Below, piece by piece: positions 27,794 through 36,835 of a stretch of DNA of 64,000 bases. The translations under genes were made by a program, and so were the position numbers. Position 1 is the stretch's first letter, and every line of letters starts with the position of its first letter. The DNA is from a virus (lineage: Duplodnaviria; Caudoviricetes). A model generated the notes under the pieces. It saw only the letters and a program-made list of their open reading frames with translations, did not search any database and was not told the origin of the DNA. Location: positions 32,001 through 96,000 of IMG/VR virus record IMGVR_UViG_3300049009_000874. One strand, written 5' to 3'.

Positions 27794-28346
27794 TTTTCGA
27801 GATGATATAGAAAGACTTACGAAGGTTTGGGATAAAGCCCTATCACAGGGCATATTCGACGATGCCGACGCCAAAGCGGCGAAGGAAGCGAAGAGCAGGG
27901 GGACCAACTTTTTCGGTCAGACTCCAACAGTCCATGACACCGAAATCACGAGAGGCGACCTTGACGGGTGGAACGACGTTTTGAGCACCATGCATGACGG
28001 GATTGCCAATTCCGGGGAAATGCAGGTGATCACCGAGGAAAGGACTCCATCCAAGAAGAAAATCGCGAACCACGCCAAGAAGTTGGCTAGCTCCAACAAC
28101 CCGGTCTATCCAAATACGGTTGGGAAGGACAGCAAGATCAAGCCGGAAACCGATTTCGCTGGCGGCAAGAACCTTCAGAAGCTCATAGACATGAAAGACC
28201 AGCTTCACAATCTCAAGGTGGACTTGACGAAGGGCGAGACCCTAGGCAAGGACGTCAGGAAGATGCGGTCAGCCGTGGAGAACATCAGCCGCGAGATCGA
28301 CAAGATAAGCGACATGTTGAACGGAAGCATCACAGACAACAAGTAG
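27786..28346 (+). CDS. hypothetical protein with C-terminal coiled coil
   Basis: 186-aa ORF, GGAG RBS. Confidence 0.8.
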   Translation: MSNFRDDIERLTKVWDKALSQGIFDDADAKAAKEAKSRGTNFFGQTPTVHDTEITRGDLDGWNDVLSTMHDGIANSGEMQVITEERTPSKKKIANHAKKLASSNNPVYPNTVGKDSKIKPETDFAGGKNLQKLIDMKDQLHNLKVDLTKGETLGKDVRKMRSAVENISREIDKISDMLNGSITDNK

Positions 28347-28350
28347 AGAC

Positions 28351-28755
28351 ATGGGAAAAAGAAGCAAACTATTGTCATTGATCGCCATCCTTGGGGTGGC
28401 GATTGTTTTCGTGTCCACATTCGGGTCCCCGTTCTCGAGCAACAAAATCAATGGAGAGGAAAAGGGTGAATCCTTCCACAGGATCACGAGAATAAGGGTT
28501 GTGTCCGGAGACAGGTATGAGATCACCTATGTCAAGGGCGGCGATTTGGTGTGCGCGAATTGTTTCTTGAAAGTAAAGACGGTGATGGACTCCAAAAGCA
28601 AGATAATAAACCTGTTCAACGCGGTCCAGAAGCCCAAGGTGTGCGTGCTGGGCAAGAGCGATACGGAATATATGGTGGACATTATTTTCGTTCAAAATTC
28701 CAAAGAGTTCAAATTTTCAGACTGGCTGAAGTCTAATAGGTTGACGTATGGCTGA
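28351..28755 (+). CDS. membrane-anchored protein, possibly degenerate thermonuclease (SNase)-like
   Basis: N-terminal TM helix; RVVSGDRY resembles SNase VxDGDT. Confidence 0.45.
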   Translation: MGKRSKLLSLIAILGVAIVFVSTFGSPFSSNKINGEEKGESFHRITRIRVVSGDRYEITYVKGGDLVCANCFLKVKTVMDSKSKIINLFNAVQKPKVCVLGKSDTEYMVDIIFVQNSKEFKFSDWLKSNRLTYG

Positions 28756-28927
28756 AAGAAACATGATCAAGTGTCCAAGGTGTAGTTGGTCCAGGGTTGT
28801 CGGCAACGACCCCAAAGAGGTGACCGACCTTTATGAATACAAGGGATGCTTGAAATGCAATAATTTCAAAAAGTTCAGGTGCCCAAAATGCGGTCGAATG
28901 GCAAAACAGCTCCCCATAAGAGGCTAG
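28748..28927 (+). CDS. 59-aa zinc-finger protein with three CxxC pairs
   Basis: CPRC, CLKC, CPKC; translated by hand, below the ORF-track cutoff. Confidence 0.75.
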   Translation: MAERNMIKCPRCSWSRVVGNDPKEVTDLYEYKGCLKCNNFKKFRCPKCGRMAKQLPIRG

Positions 28928-30102
28928 CGCTTCTTGCCGGATACGACTATGTGGCTGGAAGCCGCAAGAGAGCCAATCCGGAACGCCGACTTGACAGCTT
29001 GAAGTTCAAGATACACAAATTCAACAACAGGACCAGACCGACGGACAAGAGCAAGATACTTGTCGTCCCAGCCTTCTATGAGTTCGGCGTGGAGACCATA
29101 GGTCTGTCGTTTTGCCTGCCGCAAATAATCCACAAGAATCCCGACCGTTATGTCATCATGGTTGGATGGTACGGAAGGTCGTACCTGTACAGCAGGATAG
29201 CCGACGAGTATTGGGAGCTTGACGAAGAGCACCAATGGCTCAGAGAGTACAGCGACGCCTTCAAGAACGAATCTAGGAACATATCGAGGCTTCAGGGCAA
29301 GCTTTCGAATGTAGGAACGGTCGTCTCCGGAGATGCCATGGCGCAGCTGTGCGTTGAGTACTTCTGCCTTTTCTGCAAGTTGAATTTCGTGACGCACCAG
29401 CACATAGAGACGAGATGCCCGCAGTGCGACGGGCAAGATCTTGTCAAACCCATATTCGGCGACCTCGGGGCTAGCAAGAAGAGGTGCTATTCCGTGCCGA
29501 GCCCCAGTCAGGCTAAGCTCTTGCAGGCGGAGCGGCTGCTGAAGCCAAGGTCGGTCGGTGTTTTCGCGAGGAACAGGGGGAGGTACGGAAGGAACTTGAC
29601 GATTGGCTTCTACGAGAGGCTGCTGGAATCCCTGATCGCGATGGGATACAACCCCGTGTGGATGGGCGAGAAGCAGAGCGTCCATGAGTGCCCGAGGTCG
29701 GATATCGTCAACTTGGTCGGCTGCGAAGACTCCAGAGACTTGGAGTTCACGCTGGCGGTCATATCCAAGTTAGAATTCACGGTTCAGTTCTATACCGCCT
29801 CGACAAGGTTGGCGTCCATGGTCAAGACGCCTTGGATACTCTTCGAGAGCGCGGACCAGGTCGTCGGCAACGGGCAGGAGGGGATGAGGGTCATATTGAC
29901 CACGGATTTCGACAAGAAAAAGATAGTCATATCCAACTTCCAGAGGCTGGCGGAAGACCATGACGGGGGGCTGTCGTTCTTCGAGAGAGCCGTGAGGGAA
30001 GTGAATAATGGAAATTTCGAGACTATAGTAGCTATGGTTGACAATCAAGCTATGACCGAAATGAACATGCGCAAGTTGGACTACTGGTGGAAAACAAGTT
30101 AG
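28879..30102 (+). CDS. GT9 (heptosyltransferase)-like GT-B protein with zinc-ribbon insertion
   Basis: FYERLLESL..MGYNPVWMGE, IVNLVG, LEFTLAVISKLEFTV...TASTRLAS; CLFC/CPQC; start uncertain. Confidence 0.65.
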   Translation: MPKMRSNGKTAPHKRLALLAGYDYVAGSRKRANPERRLDSLKFKIHKFNNRTRPTDKSKILVVPAFYEFGVETIGLSFCLPQIIHKNPDRYVIMVGWYGRSYLYSRIADEYWELDEEHQWLREYSDAFKNESRNISRLQGKLSNVGTVVSGDAMAQLCVEYFCLFCKLNFVTHQHIETRCPQCDGQDLVKPIFGDLGASKKRCYSVPSPSQAKLLQAERLLKPRSVGVFARNRGRYGRNLTIGFYERLLESLIAMGYNPVWMGEKQSVHECPRSDIVNLVGCEDSRDLEFTLAVISKLEFTVQFYTASTRLASMVKTPWILFESADQVVGNGQEGMRVILTTDFDKKKIVISNFQRLAEDHDGGLSFFERAVREVNNGNFETIVAMVDNQAMTEMNMRKLDYWWKTS

Positions 30103-30134
30103 ATTTCGGCTAAGTGTAAAAAAGGCAGGTCGAT

Positions 30135-31271
30135 TTGAACAATGTATCTGATTTTCTCAAGAGGGCTTCGCAGCGAAACGGATTCGTGAGGGAGAGGTAC
30201 GAGGAGAAGAACGTCCCGACCGAATTCGGCGATGTCTGCATCCTCCCTTTTTTCGGCGACAACCACAGCATGTTCCTCCTGTCGGCTTTTTTCTTACACG
30301 CATACAGGAAGCAGTACAAGTCCAGCAAGTATTTCATAGTTTGCAGCTATCCTGGAATGGCTGGGATGTTCCCGTATGTCGACGAGTTCTGGGGGTTCTC
30401 CGACCATGGGCAGCTTCCGAGGGTATACGAGAAATCGGACGGGTTCGAGAATCATTCCGACATAGTCGCGATCTACAAGAGAAACCTGAACGAGTTCTTC
30501 AGGAACGTCATAGATATTAAGGACGTTTTCTCGAAGTACGGGAACGGGTTCAAGAAGGAGTTCACGAAGGGCGACATCGAATTGTTCCTTCCTTTCGTTC
30601 CCTCGTCGTCCATATTGAGCAAGGAATTCGTAAGGCAGGTGAACACGAGGGCTGGTTACAAGGTCATGTTCTCGCCGACCCTGTACTGCAAGCAGTGGCA
30701 CAACGGCAAGTCGAGGAACGTCAAGTCGAAGAGGGAATTCTGGATGACATTGGCGAGGAAGCTGGAGTCCAATGGTTTTGTGCCGGTGGTGTGGCAGAAC
30801 CACCTCACCCACGACATATCTTCGGAAATGATAGATTCCTGTCTCTTCTTCAACGACAGCGACATCACGAAGGTGCTGTCGGCTATGAGGGCGTGCGGCT
30901 GCTTCATAGATGTGTTCAACGGAACGTCCAGGCTCGCAATCATGGCTAGGACTCCCTTCCTTTGCGTAGACGAGAGATCCAGGTATAACAACATGAAGGA
31001 CTACGAGGTTGAGGATTTGTCCTCGTTTGGTCTTCCCAAGCAACATATTTTTACCTTCAGCACTATTATAACTGATGGAAGTGTGGACACTTGGAACCAG
31101 GATATAGCTCAGAATATAGTCAACAGGCTTAATTCTTTTCTGCCGGATCTTGATCGTGACAATTGGCCGACCACATCGGAGACCTACGATAAGGTCTCTT
31201 TTGAAGACAACGTGAGAACCGTTGAGCCACTTAAAATTGGCAAAAAACTATTGATGATAAATCGAGATTGA
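30135..31271 (+). CDS. GT9-like GT-B protein
   Basis: FWMTLARKL..NGFVPV, VLSAMRACGCFIDVFNGTSRLAIMARTP; TTG start. Confidence 0.6.
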   Translation: MNNVSDFLKRASQRNGFVRERYEEKNVPTEFGDVCILPFFGDNHSMFLLSAFFLHAYRKQYKSSKYFIVCSYPGMAGMFPYVDEFWGFSDHGQLPRVYEKSDGFENHSDIVAIYKRNLNEFFRNVIDIKDVFSKYGNGFKKEFTKGDIELFLPFVPSSSILSKEFVRQVNTRAGYKVMFSPTLYCKQWHNGKSRNVKSKREFWMTLARKLESNGFVPVVWQNHLTHDISSEMIDSCLFFNDSDITKVLSAMRACGCFIDVFNGTSRLAIMARTPFLCVDERSRYNNMKDYEVEDLSSFGLPKQHIFTFSTIITDGSVDTWNQDIAQNIVNRLNSFLPDLDRDNWPTTSETYDKVSFEDNVRTVEPLKIGKKLLMINRD

Positions 31272-31279
31272 GGTGATTG

Positions 31280-31546
31280 ATGAGATTAGTACGAGTTGAG
31301 GCTAGGGAACTTCATCCAAATTGTTCCAGCTACGAAAGGGAGATAGCATTCAAGAGATTGTTTGCGACCTTCAAGAAGGCGGTTACCGACGCTGGCATTC
31401 TCCACGACTACAAGGAACATGAGTTCTACGAAAGCGAAGGCAGGAAGAAGCGCAAGAAGAAGCGGGAAGCCGAGGTTCAGAGACTCAAGTACAAGCTTAG
31501 GGAGAACTTCCCCAACAGAAAGACCGACAAGAAAGACAACAGATAG
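31280..31546 (+). CDS. rpsU: 30S ribosomal protein bS21
   Basis: FKKAVTDAGILHDYKEHEFYE..GRKKRKKKREA matches the bS21 pattern. Confidence 0.82.
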   Translation: MRLVRVEARELHPNCSSYEREIAFKRLFATFKKAVTDAGILHDYKEHEFYESEGRKKRKKKREAEVQRLKYKLRENFPNRKTDKKDNR

Positions 31547-31561
31547 GTCAAAGGAAAAAAT

Positions 31562-31831
31562 ATGAGCAAGAAGGGTAGCATCATGAGTTTGTCCGTGGAT
31601 TCCGAAATTCAGGACAAGATGAAGATCGTAGCCAAGAAGAGGAACATATCGGTTTCCAAGCTCGTCAGGGATTTGGCCGACAAGTTCCTCAACGAGGAGG
31701 ACAACGTCGACATGGTTGTTCTGAAGATACCTAAGATCCTAAGAAACGATGAGGTTAAACTGAGGGAATGGATAGACCAGAGGAAGGAATTGGTAACGAG
31801 AACCCTGATGTCTCTAAAAGACCCGCAGTAA
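31562..31831 (+). CDS. ribbon-helix-helix DNA-binding protein
   Basis: IMSLSVDSEIQDKMKIVAKKRNISVSKLVRDL (CopG/RHH pattern). Confidence 0.7.
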   Translation: MSKKGSIMSLSVDSEIQDKMKIVAKKRNISVSKLVRDLADKFLNEEDNVDMVVLKIPKILRNDEVKLREWIDQRKELVTRTLMSLKDPQ

Positions 31832-32328
31832 ATTTCAAGTCTCTTTCGATAGTGGGTCTGGACAAGATCCCGCTCGCGAAGGAGTCGCCGGTCGATGACC
31901 TGATGTATCTTTACGGGATTTCCAGCGCGATGATCAAGCTGTGCGTGGACGGCGGCGGCGTCGGTCTCTCGGCGGTGCAGGTCGGATTGCCATTCAACCT
32001 TTTCGTGGTCTGTGTCCGCGGGTTTGTCGACATCCTCGTCAATTGCTCCTACGAGGGTGTTGGCGAGAAGATGAACTCGATGGAAGGATGCCTGTCCATC
32101 AAGGACTCGGAAGAAAAAATAAAGACGTTCGAGGTGAAAAGATTCCCGGCTATCAGGCTGGTGGGCAAAAGGCTCCTCGTTTCCGTCGATTCGTCTGAGC
32201 CGATCGTCCTAAATGTGGATGAGCAGGTTTCCGGAATCAGGGCTGTCATATGCCAGCACGAGATAGACCACGCGTCTGGAATACTCATATCGGACATAGG
32301 CAAACAGATATACATACAGAGGAACTGA
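31768..32328 (+). CDS. def: peptide deformylase
   Basis: GGGVGLSAVQVG, EGCLS, QHEIDH; start uncertain. Confidence 0.93.
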   Translation: MDRPEEGIGNENPDVSKRPAVNFKSLSIVGLDKIPLAKESPVDDLMYLYGISSAMIKLCVDGGGVGLSAVQVGLPFNLFVVCVRGFVDILVNCSYEGVGEKMNSMEGCLSIKDSEEKIKTFEVKRFPAIRLVGKRLLVSVDSSEPIVLNVDEQVSGIRAVICQHEIDHASGILISDIGKQIYIQRN

Positions 32329-32330
32329 AA

Positions 32331-32615
32331 ATGCTGAGTCTCAACCATGTCCGCAAATTTTGCTCTGGGGACATATCGAAGCCATCGACCAAGTGTAGGT
32401 ATCTCGAGCATGACGATCTCGACACGTCAAAGCACTATTGCTTGAAGCTGGTGCCGTCAAAGAAATCCCTGATAGACAAGGAGGTTGCCGAATTCTCCCA
32501 CAAAATGAGGCATAGGGGAGCAAGCCTGGGCTCTGAGATCATTGCGCCGCTTGGCGACAATTGCCTTGGCTACATCAAGTTGCGCAGCGTACCGCAGGGA
32601 TTTGACGTCAAGTGA
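32331..32615 (+). CDS. hypothetical Cys-containing protein
   Basis: ATG 2 nt after the def stop. Confidence 0.7.
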   Translation: MLSLNHVRKFCSGDISKPSTKCRYLEHDDLDTSKHYCLKLVPSKKSLIDKEVAEFSHKMRHRGASLGSEIIAPLGDNCLGYIKLRSVPQGFDVK

Positions 32616-32617
32616 CC

Positions 32618-33115
32618 CTACTTGCGTCTCGGAAGATTCTTCTTCATGATTTCCAGAATTGGCTTTTCGAGGGGCGTGAACCTGGCTGAACGCAATATGT
32701 TGTCGTTGACCACCGGATCGTTCACCAGCATAACCTCTCCGGCGAGAATGTTCGCTATTTTTTCGTTTTTGTCGGATTTGTTCTTGTAGTAGAGAAGAAA
32801 CATTCCAAGCGCAACTATCGAGAACACCATGATTAACGCTCCGTCGCCTTGAAGTATCTGAATTCCCTTGTTTTCGTTTCTGACCCCAGCCGCGTTGAGA
32901 TTCAGAAACCCCTGCTGCACTTCGTTTAGCTGGCTGTTCTGTATTTCCGCTTGCTGCCTCAGCTTCCCGATTTCCAGCATGATGCCGTTCTGGTTGTTTT
33001 TGATTTCGTCAATTTTTCCATCTTTGTTATCTATCCTATTTTGAAGTCTGGGGCTGAAGTTTCCGCATCCAGCCAGAAATAAAACAAGAAAAAGATAAAA
33101 AAAGGCTATTCTCAT
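32618..33115 (-). CDS. putative lipoprotein with coiled coil and C-terminal TM helix
   Basis: Lipobox LAGC; GGAGG RBS. Confidence 0.75.
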   Translation of the reverse strand: MRIAFFYLFLVLFLAGCGNFSPRLQNRIDNKDGKIDEIKNNQNGIMLEIGKLRQQAEIQNSQLNEVQQGFLNLNAAGVRNENKGIQILQGDGALIMVFSIVALGMFLLYYKNKSDKNEKIANILAGEVMLVNDPVVNDNILRSARFTPLEKPILEIMKKNLPRRK

Positions 33116-33186
33116 ATTGACCTCCGGGTAAAAGTATTTAGACTCTCAACTTCCATAATTTTGTTTTAACCGAAAAGGAGTTTGTA

Positions 33187-33633
33187 ATGCAAAATGAGTG
33201 GTTGGAAGAAGAAGACTTTGAAGGTGACATCAAGGATGAGTTCAACCATCTTGGTGACGAGCCGGTCGAGAACCTGAACGAGACGAACTCGAGGGAATTC
33301 GTCAGAAGTTGCATAGACAACTTTTTTGTCGGCAAGGTGATGCATTGCGGCGGCAAGATACCTAGATACATCTTGTGCAGCCCGAAGATGATAGACATGG
33401 TTGTTTCGACCAATTTGTTGGACAGCCTCGATATAGCTTACTCCTGCATGAAGGGCGTGGCTGTGGGCGACGACGAAGAGCGATTCAAGTTCACTGGCGA
33501 GGTGACCGACGACGTTAGGTTGGTCAATGAAACGCTCACTTTGCTGAGCCGGTCGGGAATACCCCAAAAATATGCTGGAGGTTTGATGTTGCTTTACTTG
33601 CGTTATGTCAAGGGCGTGAAGATTAATGTCTAG
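33187..33633 (+). CDS. hypothetical protein
   Basis: AAGGAG RBS, 148 aa. Confidence 0.8.
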   Translation: MQNEWLEEEDFEGDIKDEFNHLGDEPVENLNETNSREFVRSCIDNFFVGKVMHCGGKIPRYILCSPKMIDMVVSTNLLDSLDIAYSCMKGVAVGDDEERFKFTGEVTDDVRLVNETLTLLSRSGIPQKYAGGLMLLYLRYVKGVKINV

Positions 33634-33943
33634 GATGGATGAGCTTCTCATATCTGGAGAACTATTCGACTACTCTTTCCCGAAGGAAAAGAGTTACTTG
33701 ATGAAATACTTCAAGACGGATGTGCAGAGGCATTTCATATCTTACCTTCTCTTGTTCGGCGATTACGCGAATTATGTCGATCATACCGGAGTCGCCTGCA
33801 AGAAGAGGTACATGCAATTCATGTATTCCCAATACAAGAAGATAGAGGAAGCCAGGGACAAGGCTAGGGCGGAATTCGACATAGAACTTCTCGCCAAGAT
33901 AGATTCAGGCGATTTTTCCATAAATTCATTTCCGAAAAGCTGA
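33626..33943 (+). CDS. hypothetical protein
   Basis: 105 aa, overlaps the upstream stop. Confidence 0.75.
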   Translation: MSRMDELLISGELFDYSFPKEKSYLMKYFKTDVQRHFISYLLLFGDYANYVDHTGVACKKRYMQFMYSQYKKIEEARDKARAEFDIELLAKIDSGDFSINSFPKS

Positions 33944-34003
33944 AGTCGACCATTCTTTTTTTTGGCTGGAAATTTGTTGTCCGCCGACAATAGATAACAG
34001 CAT

Positions 34004-34528
34004 ATGATAAGATTTTCCGAATGGATGAAGATGAGGGAGTCCAGCCCGACGACCAGACTGAAGACTCAGGTCGCCCTAGGTTTGGCTCCGCCCACAGCCA
34101 GCATATTCAGCAGGTCGACCCCGCCCCCATGGCAGGTCGAAAGGCTTACGAAGGCTTTGAAGAAAAGCCACAAAAAAAAGAAACGCAAGCGCAAAAAGAA
34201 GAAATCGATGTCGGAGGGTTCGAAGCCGATGCCAATCCGCGGTGATTTCGCCGCGTTCATTTCCTCGGTGGAGTCTTTGGCGAAGGATCTCCTGGAACTC
34301 AAGACGCTGAAAAAGAAGAAGGATTCGGAGAGAAAGATCAAGTCGATCATGAAGAAGCATGGGGTCGAAGTCGATGGCGACTCGGACGAAAAGAAGGGCG
34401 ATGAGCTGGACTTGGAGAAAAACAAGGATGACGGCGAGGAAATTTCGGACAAGAAAGATAAAGACGGCGACAAGGATGGAAAATCCTCGGATTCCAAGGT
34501 CAAGACGCCAAAACGTTCGGGCAAGTGA
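34004..34528 (+). CDS. highly charged protein with capsid-targeting-like N-terminus
   Basis: MIRFSEWMKMRE; poly-Lys tract; D/K-rich tail. Confidence 0.8.
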   Translation: MIRFSEWMKMRESSPTTRLKTQVALGLAPPTASIFSRSTPPPWQVERLTKALKKSHKKKKRKRKKKKSMSEGSKPMPIRGDFAAFISSVESLAKDLLELKTLKKKKDSERKIKSIMKKHGVEVDGDSDEKKGDELDLEKNKDDGEEISDKKDKDGDKDGKSSDSKVKTPKRSGK

Positions 34529-34564
34529 GTTTGATTTTTTCTTCGCGGCGCATTAAAATAAGTC

Positions 34565-34966
34565 ATGGAGAAAAATCTCAAATCTATGACGGCAATGCAG
34601 AGGAAGGGCTTGAACATTTGTTTCGACCCGACCCAAAGAACCCATGTGGTCGCCGTTTTCCTTGATACCGACAACCAGAAGAACAAGTTGGTCAGCATAC
34701 CCTGCGTAGGCGTCACCGTCAACGGATACGCCTATGACTTCACCACCGACAGCTATGTCGTGGAATGCGTCGATTGGCTTGTTCTCGGGTTCATCGAAGC
34801 TTCTTGCCACATCAGAATCAACCAAAGCTACGACATCAAGATACCCATTTCCAACGATTGCTGTGAAAGACTGCTCAGCAAGCCACAGAGAAGGGAATTG
34901 AGGTCTTTCGCGAGGAGCAGGGGTTATGATGGTCTGCGGGTGGAATTCCTGCAAACGGTGTCCTGA
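34565..34966 (+). CDS. hypothetical protein
   Basis: 133-aa ORF. Confidence 0.7.
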   Translation: MEKNLKSMTAMQRKGLNICFDPTQRTHVVAVFLDTDNQKNKLVSIPCVGVTVNGYAYDFTTDSYVVECVDWLVLGFIEASCHIRINQSYDIKIPISNDCCERLLSKPQRRELRSFARSRGYDGLRVEFLQTVS

Positions 34967-35400
34967 TGAGCCAAAGAAAGCCTTCGGATGATGATTTCCA
35001 TATGGGCATAGCATTCATGACCGCGAGCTTTTCGGATCATTTCAAGGCTGCGTTGCTTGTGGACCTCATGGGGAACATGCATGTCGGATTGGAGAAGCCG
35101 CCCCGGCAGGTAGCCCTTATGGAAAAACACATGTTGGATCCAGCCTTGAGCCTCTTGTCCTCCATGAGGGGTGGAGACCAAGTCGGAAGCCTATATCTCA
35201 CATACACGCCGTCTTACGATTGCTCCTTGATGATGGCGAATTATGCCGTCAAGAGGATCGTCTACCACGAAAGCGAGCCGTTGGACGATAAATCGGAGAA
35301 TATGTTCGCCAATTCCAGCATCGAGCTGAGAAAACACCAAGGAAACATGGGCTGGATCAAAGACCAAATTTTTTTGTTGCGATCCAGAGATATATTTTGA
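34966..35400 (+). CDS. degenerate dCMP-deaminase-like protein
   Basis: DDDFHMGIAF and LYLTYTPSYDCSLMM...VKRIVY; HAE and the first Cys of PCxxC are absent. Confidence 0.6.
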   Translation: MSQRKPSDDDFHMGIAFMTASFSDHFKAALLVDLMGNMHVGLEKPPRQVALMEKHMLDPALSLLSSMRGGDQVGSLYLTYTPSYDCSLMMANYAVKRIVYHESEPLDDKSENMFANSSIELRKHQGNMGWIKDQIFLLRSRDIF

Positions 35401-35422
35401 CGCCCGGGATGATAAATAGTTC

Positions 35423-36175
35423 ATGGCATGTACATCAAACACATCAGGTTGCGTGGATCAATACAACTGCTTTGGCGGTTCCTGCCCTGATTTCAAAATA
35501 AGAAGGAACGACACCAAGCCCGAGTTGAAGGTCAAGATCCAGGATTGCGACGGGTCGCTAGACTTCACGGACCTCGTTCTCGAGGCTAGCATGTGGGCTA
35601 ACGGAAAACTCAAGTCGTCTATGTCCGACTCGATAGATTACCTTTCGCTGGCTGACAACATAGGGTTCAATCAGATCATGATAGGTGACGTCATCATCAT
35701 CAGCAGACCAAGACAGACCGAGCATTTGCTGGTCGTCGCCTTTGACGAGGACAACCGATACGTCAATGTGCATAGGGGATATCATGGCACGACCCCGCAG
35801 GCTTGGGCTAAGGGTCAGCAGCTCAAGATAATCAAGTTCATGAACGCGCAGGCGAACACAGAAATGGTTCTGCAGGACATATTGAACTTGGACGGGACTA
35901 CCACCAAGGACGTCCTGGTTGACAGCTATCTAGTATACCCGTGGAAGAACAACGACACGTGCTTGCCCGGATGCTACTTCCTGGAGTTCAAGCTCATGAA
36001 GATGGTCGCTCCCTTCAGGGTCGAGGCTGCGTCGGAAACACCGTCGTTCTCGGATCCTAGCCTCGTGGATTACCATTGCGGTCTGCCGGCTAGCATCGAG
36101 TGGATCAGGAGGTTTCCCGTGGATTCCGAAGGTTATTCCATAAAGATATACGACAGCCCAACATCGGAGATATGA
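35423..36175 (+). CDS. probable virion/baseplate protein (BppU-N-like)
   Basis: FKIRRNDTKP...DFTD, YPW...DT..PGCY..EF, RFP..GY.I.I. Confidence 0.65.
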   Translation: MACTSNTSGCVDQYNCFGGSCPDFKIRRNDTKPELKVKIQDCDGSLDFTDLVLEASMWANGKLKSSMSDSIDYLSLADNIGFNQIMIGDVIIISRPRQTEHLLVVAFDEDNRYVNVHRGYHGTTPQAWAKGQQLKIIKFMNAQANTEMVLQDILNLDGTTTKDVLVDSYLVYPWKNNDTCLPGCYFLEFKLMKMVAPFRVEAASETPSFSDPSLVDYHCGLPASIEWIRRFPVDSEGYSIKIYDSPTSEI

Positions 36176-36261
36176 TTTTGATTTGGAAAAGATCATAGAT
36201 AAGTCTTTAAAATAAAAAGAACTTAGTCTTATATGTGTGAATTCAGACAAGGAACAACTTA

Positions 36262-36828
36262 ATGCATTTTCAAGGCAATAATTTTCGCAAGAGAGAAGAC
36301 AAGGATTTTTTGAAGCCGGGAGAAATGAGGACCAACTTCCAGATAAGGGTACCTCAGGTCAGGGTGATCAAGGATGACCAGCAGCTTGGAGTCATGTCGA
36401 CAGACAAGGCTCAGGCTATGGCGGAGGAGATCGGAATGGACCTCGTGGAGGTGGTGCCGACCGTCTCGCCCCCAATCTGCAAGATCATGGACTACGGCAA
36501 GTTCAGGTATGAGAAAAAGATAAAAGATAAGGAGTCGGCTCGAAAGCAGAGGGAGTCCAAGGTTCAATACAAGGAGATCAGGCTTCGCCCAGCCATAGCC
36601 CAGAATGACATGGAGACAAAGGCGAACATGGCGAAGAAGTTCCTGTCCGAAGGCTACAAGGTCCAGTTCATGCTCCAGTTCAGGGGCGGAAGGGAAATGT
36701 CGCACAAGGAGAACGGGATGAACGTGATGCAGAAAATCGTCGAGATCATGGGCGATCAAGTGTCCGTGGAAACGCAGCCAAGGTTTGAAGGAAACAAGAT
36801 AGTTTGTTGTGTCATTGCAAAGGTTTGA
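36262..36828 (+). CDS. infC: translation initiation factor IF-3
   Basis: NFQIRVPQVRVI, DLVEV..PPICKIMDYGKFRYE, KEIRLRP.I..ND. Confidence 0.96.
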   Translation: MHFQGNNFRKREDKDFLKPGEMRTNFQIRVPQVRVIKDDQQLGVMSTDKAQAMAEEIGMDLVEVVPTVSPPICKIMDYGKFRYEKKIKDKESARKQRESKVQYKEIRLRPAIAQNDMETKANMAKKFLSEGYKVQFMLQFRGGREMSHKENGMNVMQKIVEIMGDQVSVETQPRFEGNKIVCCVIAKV

Positions 36829-36835
36829 CGAACAG

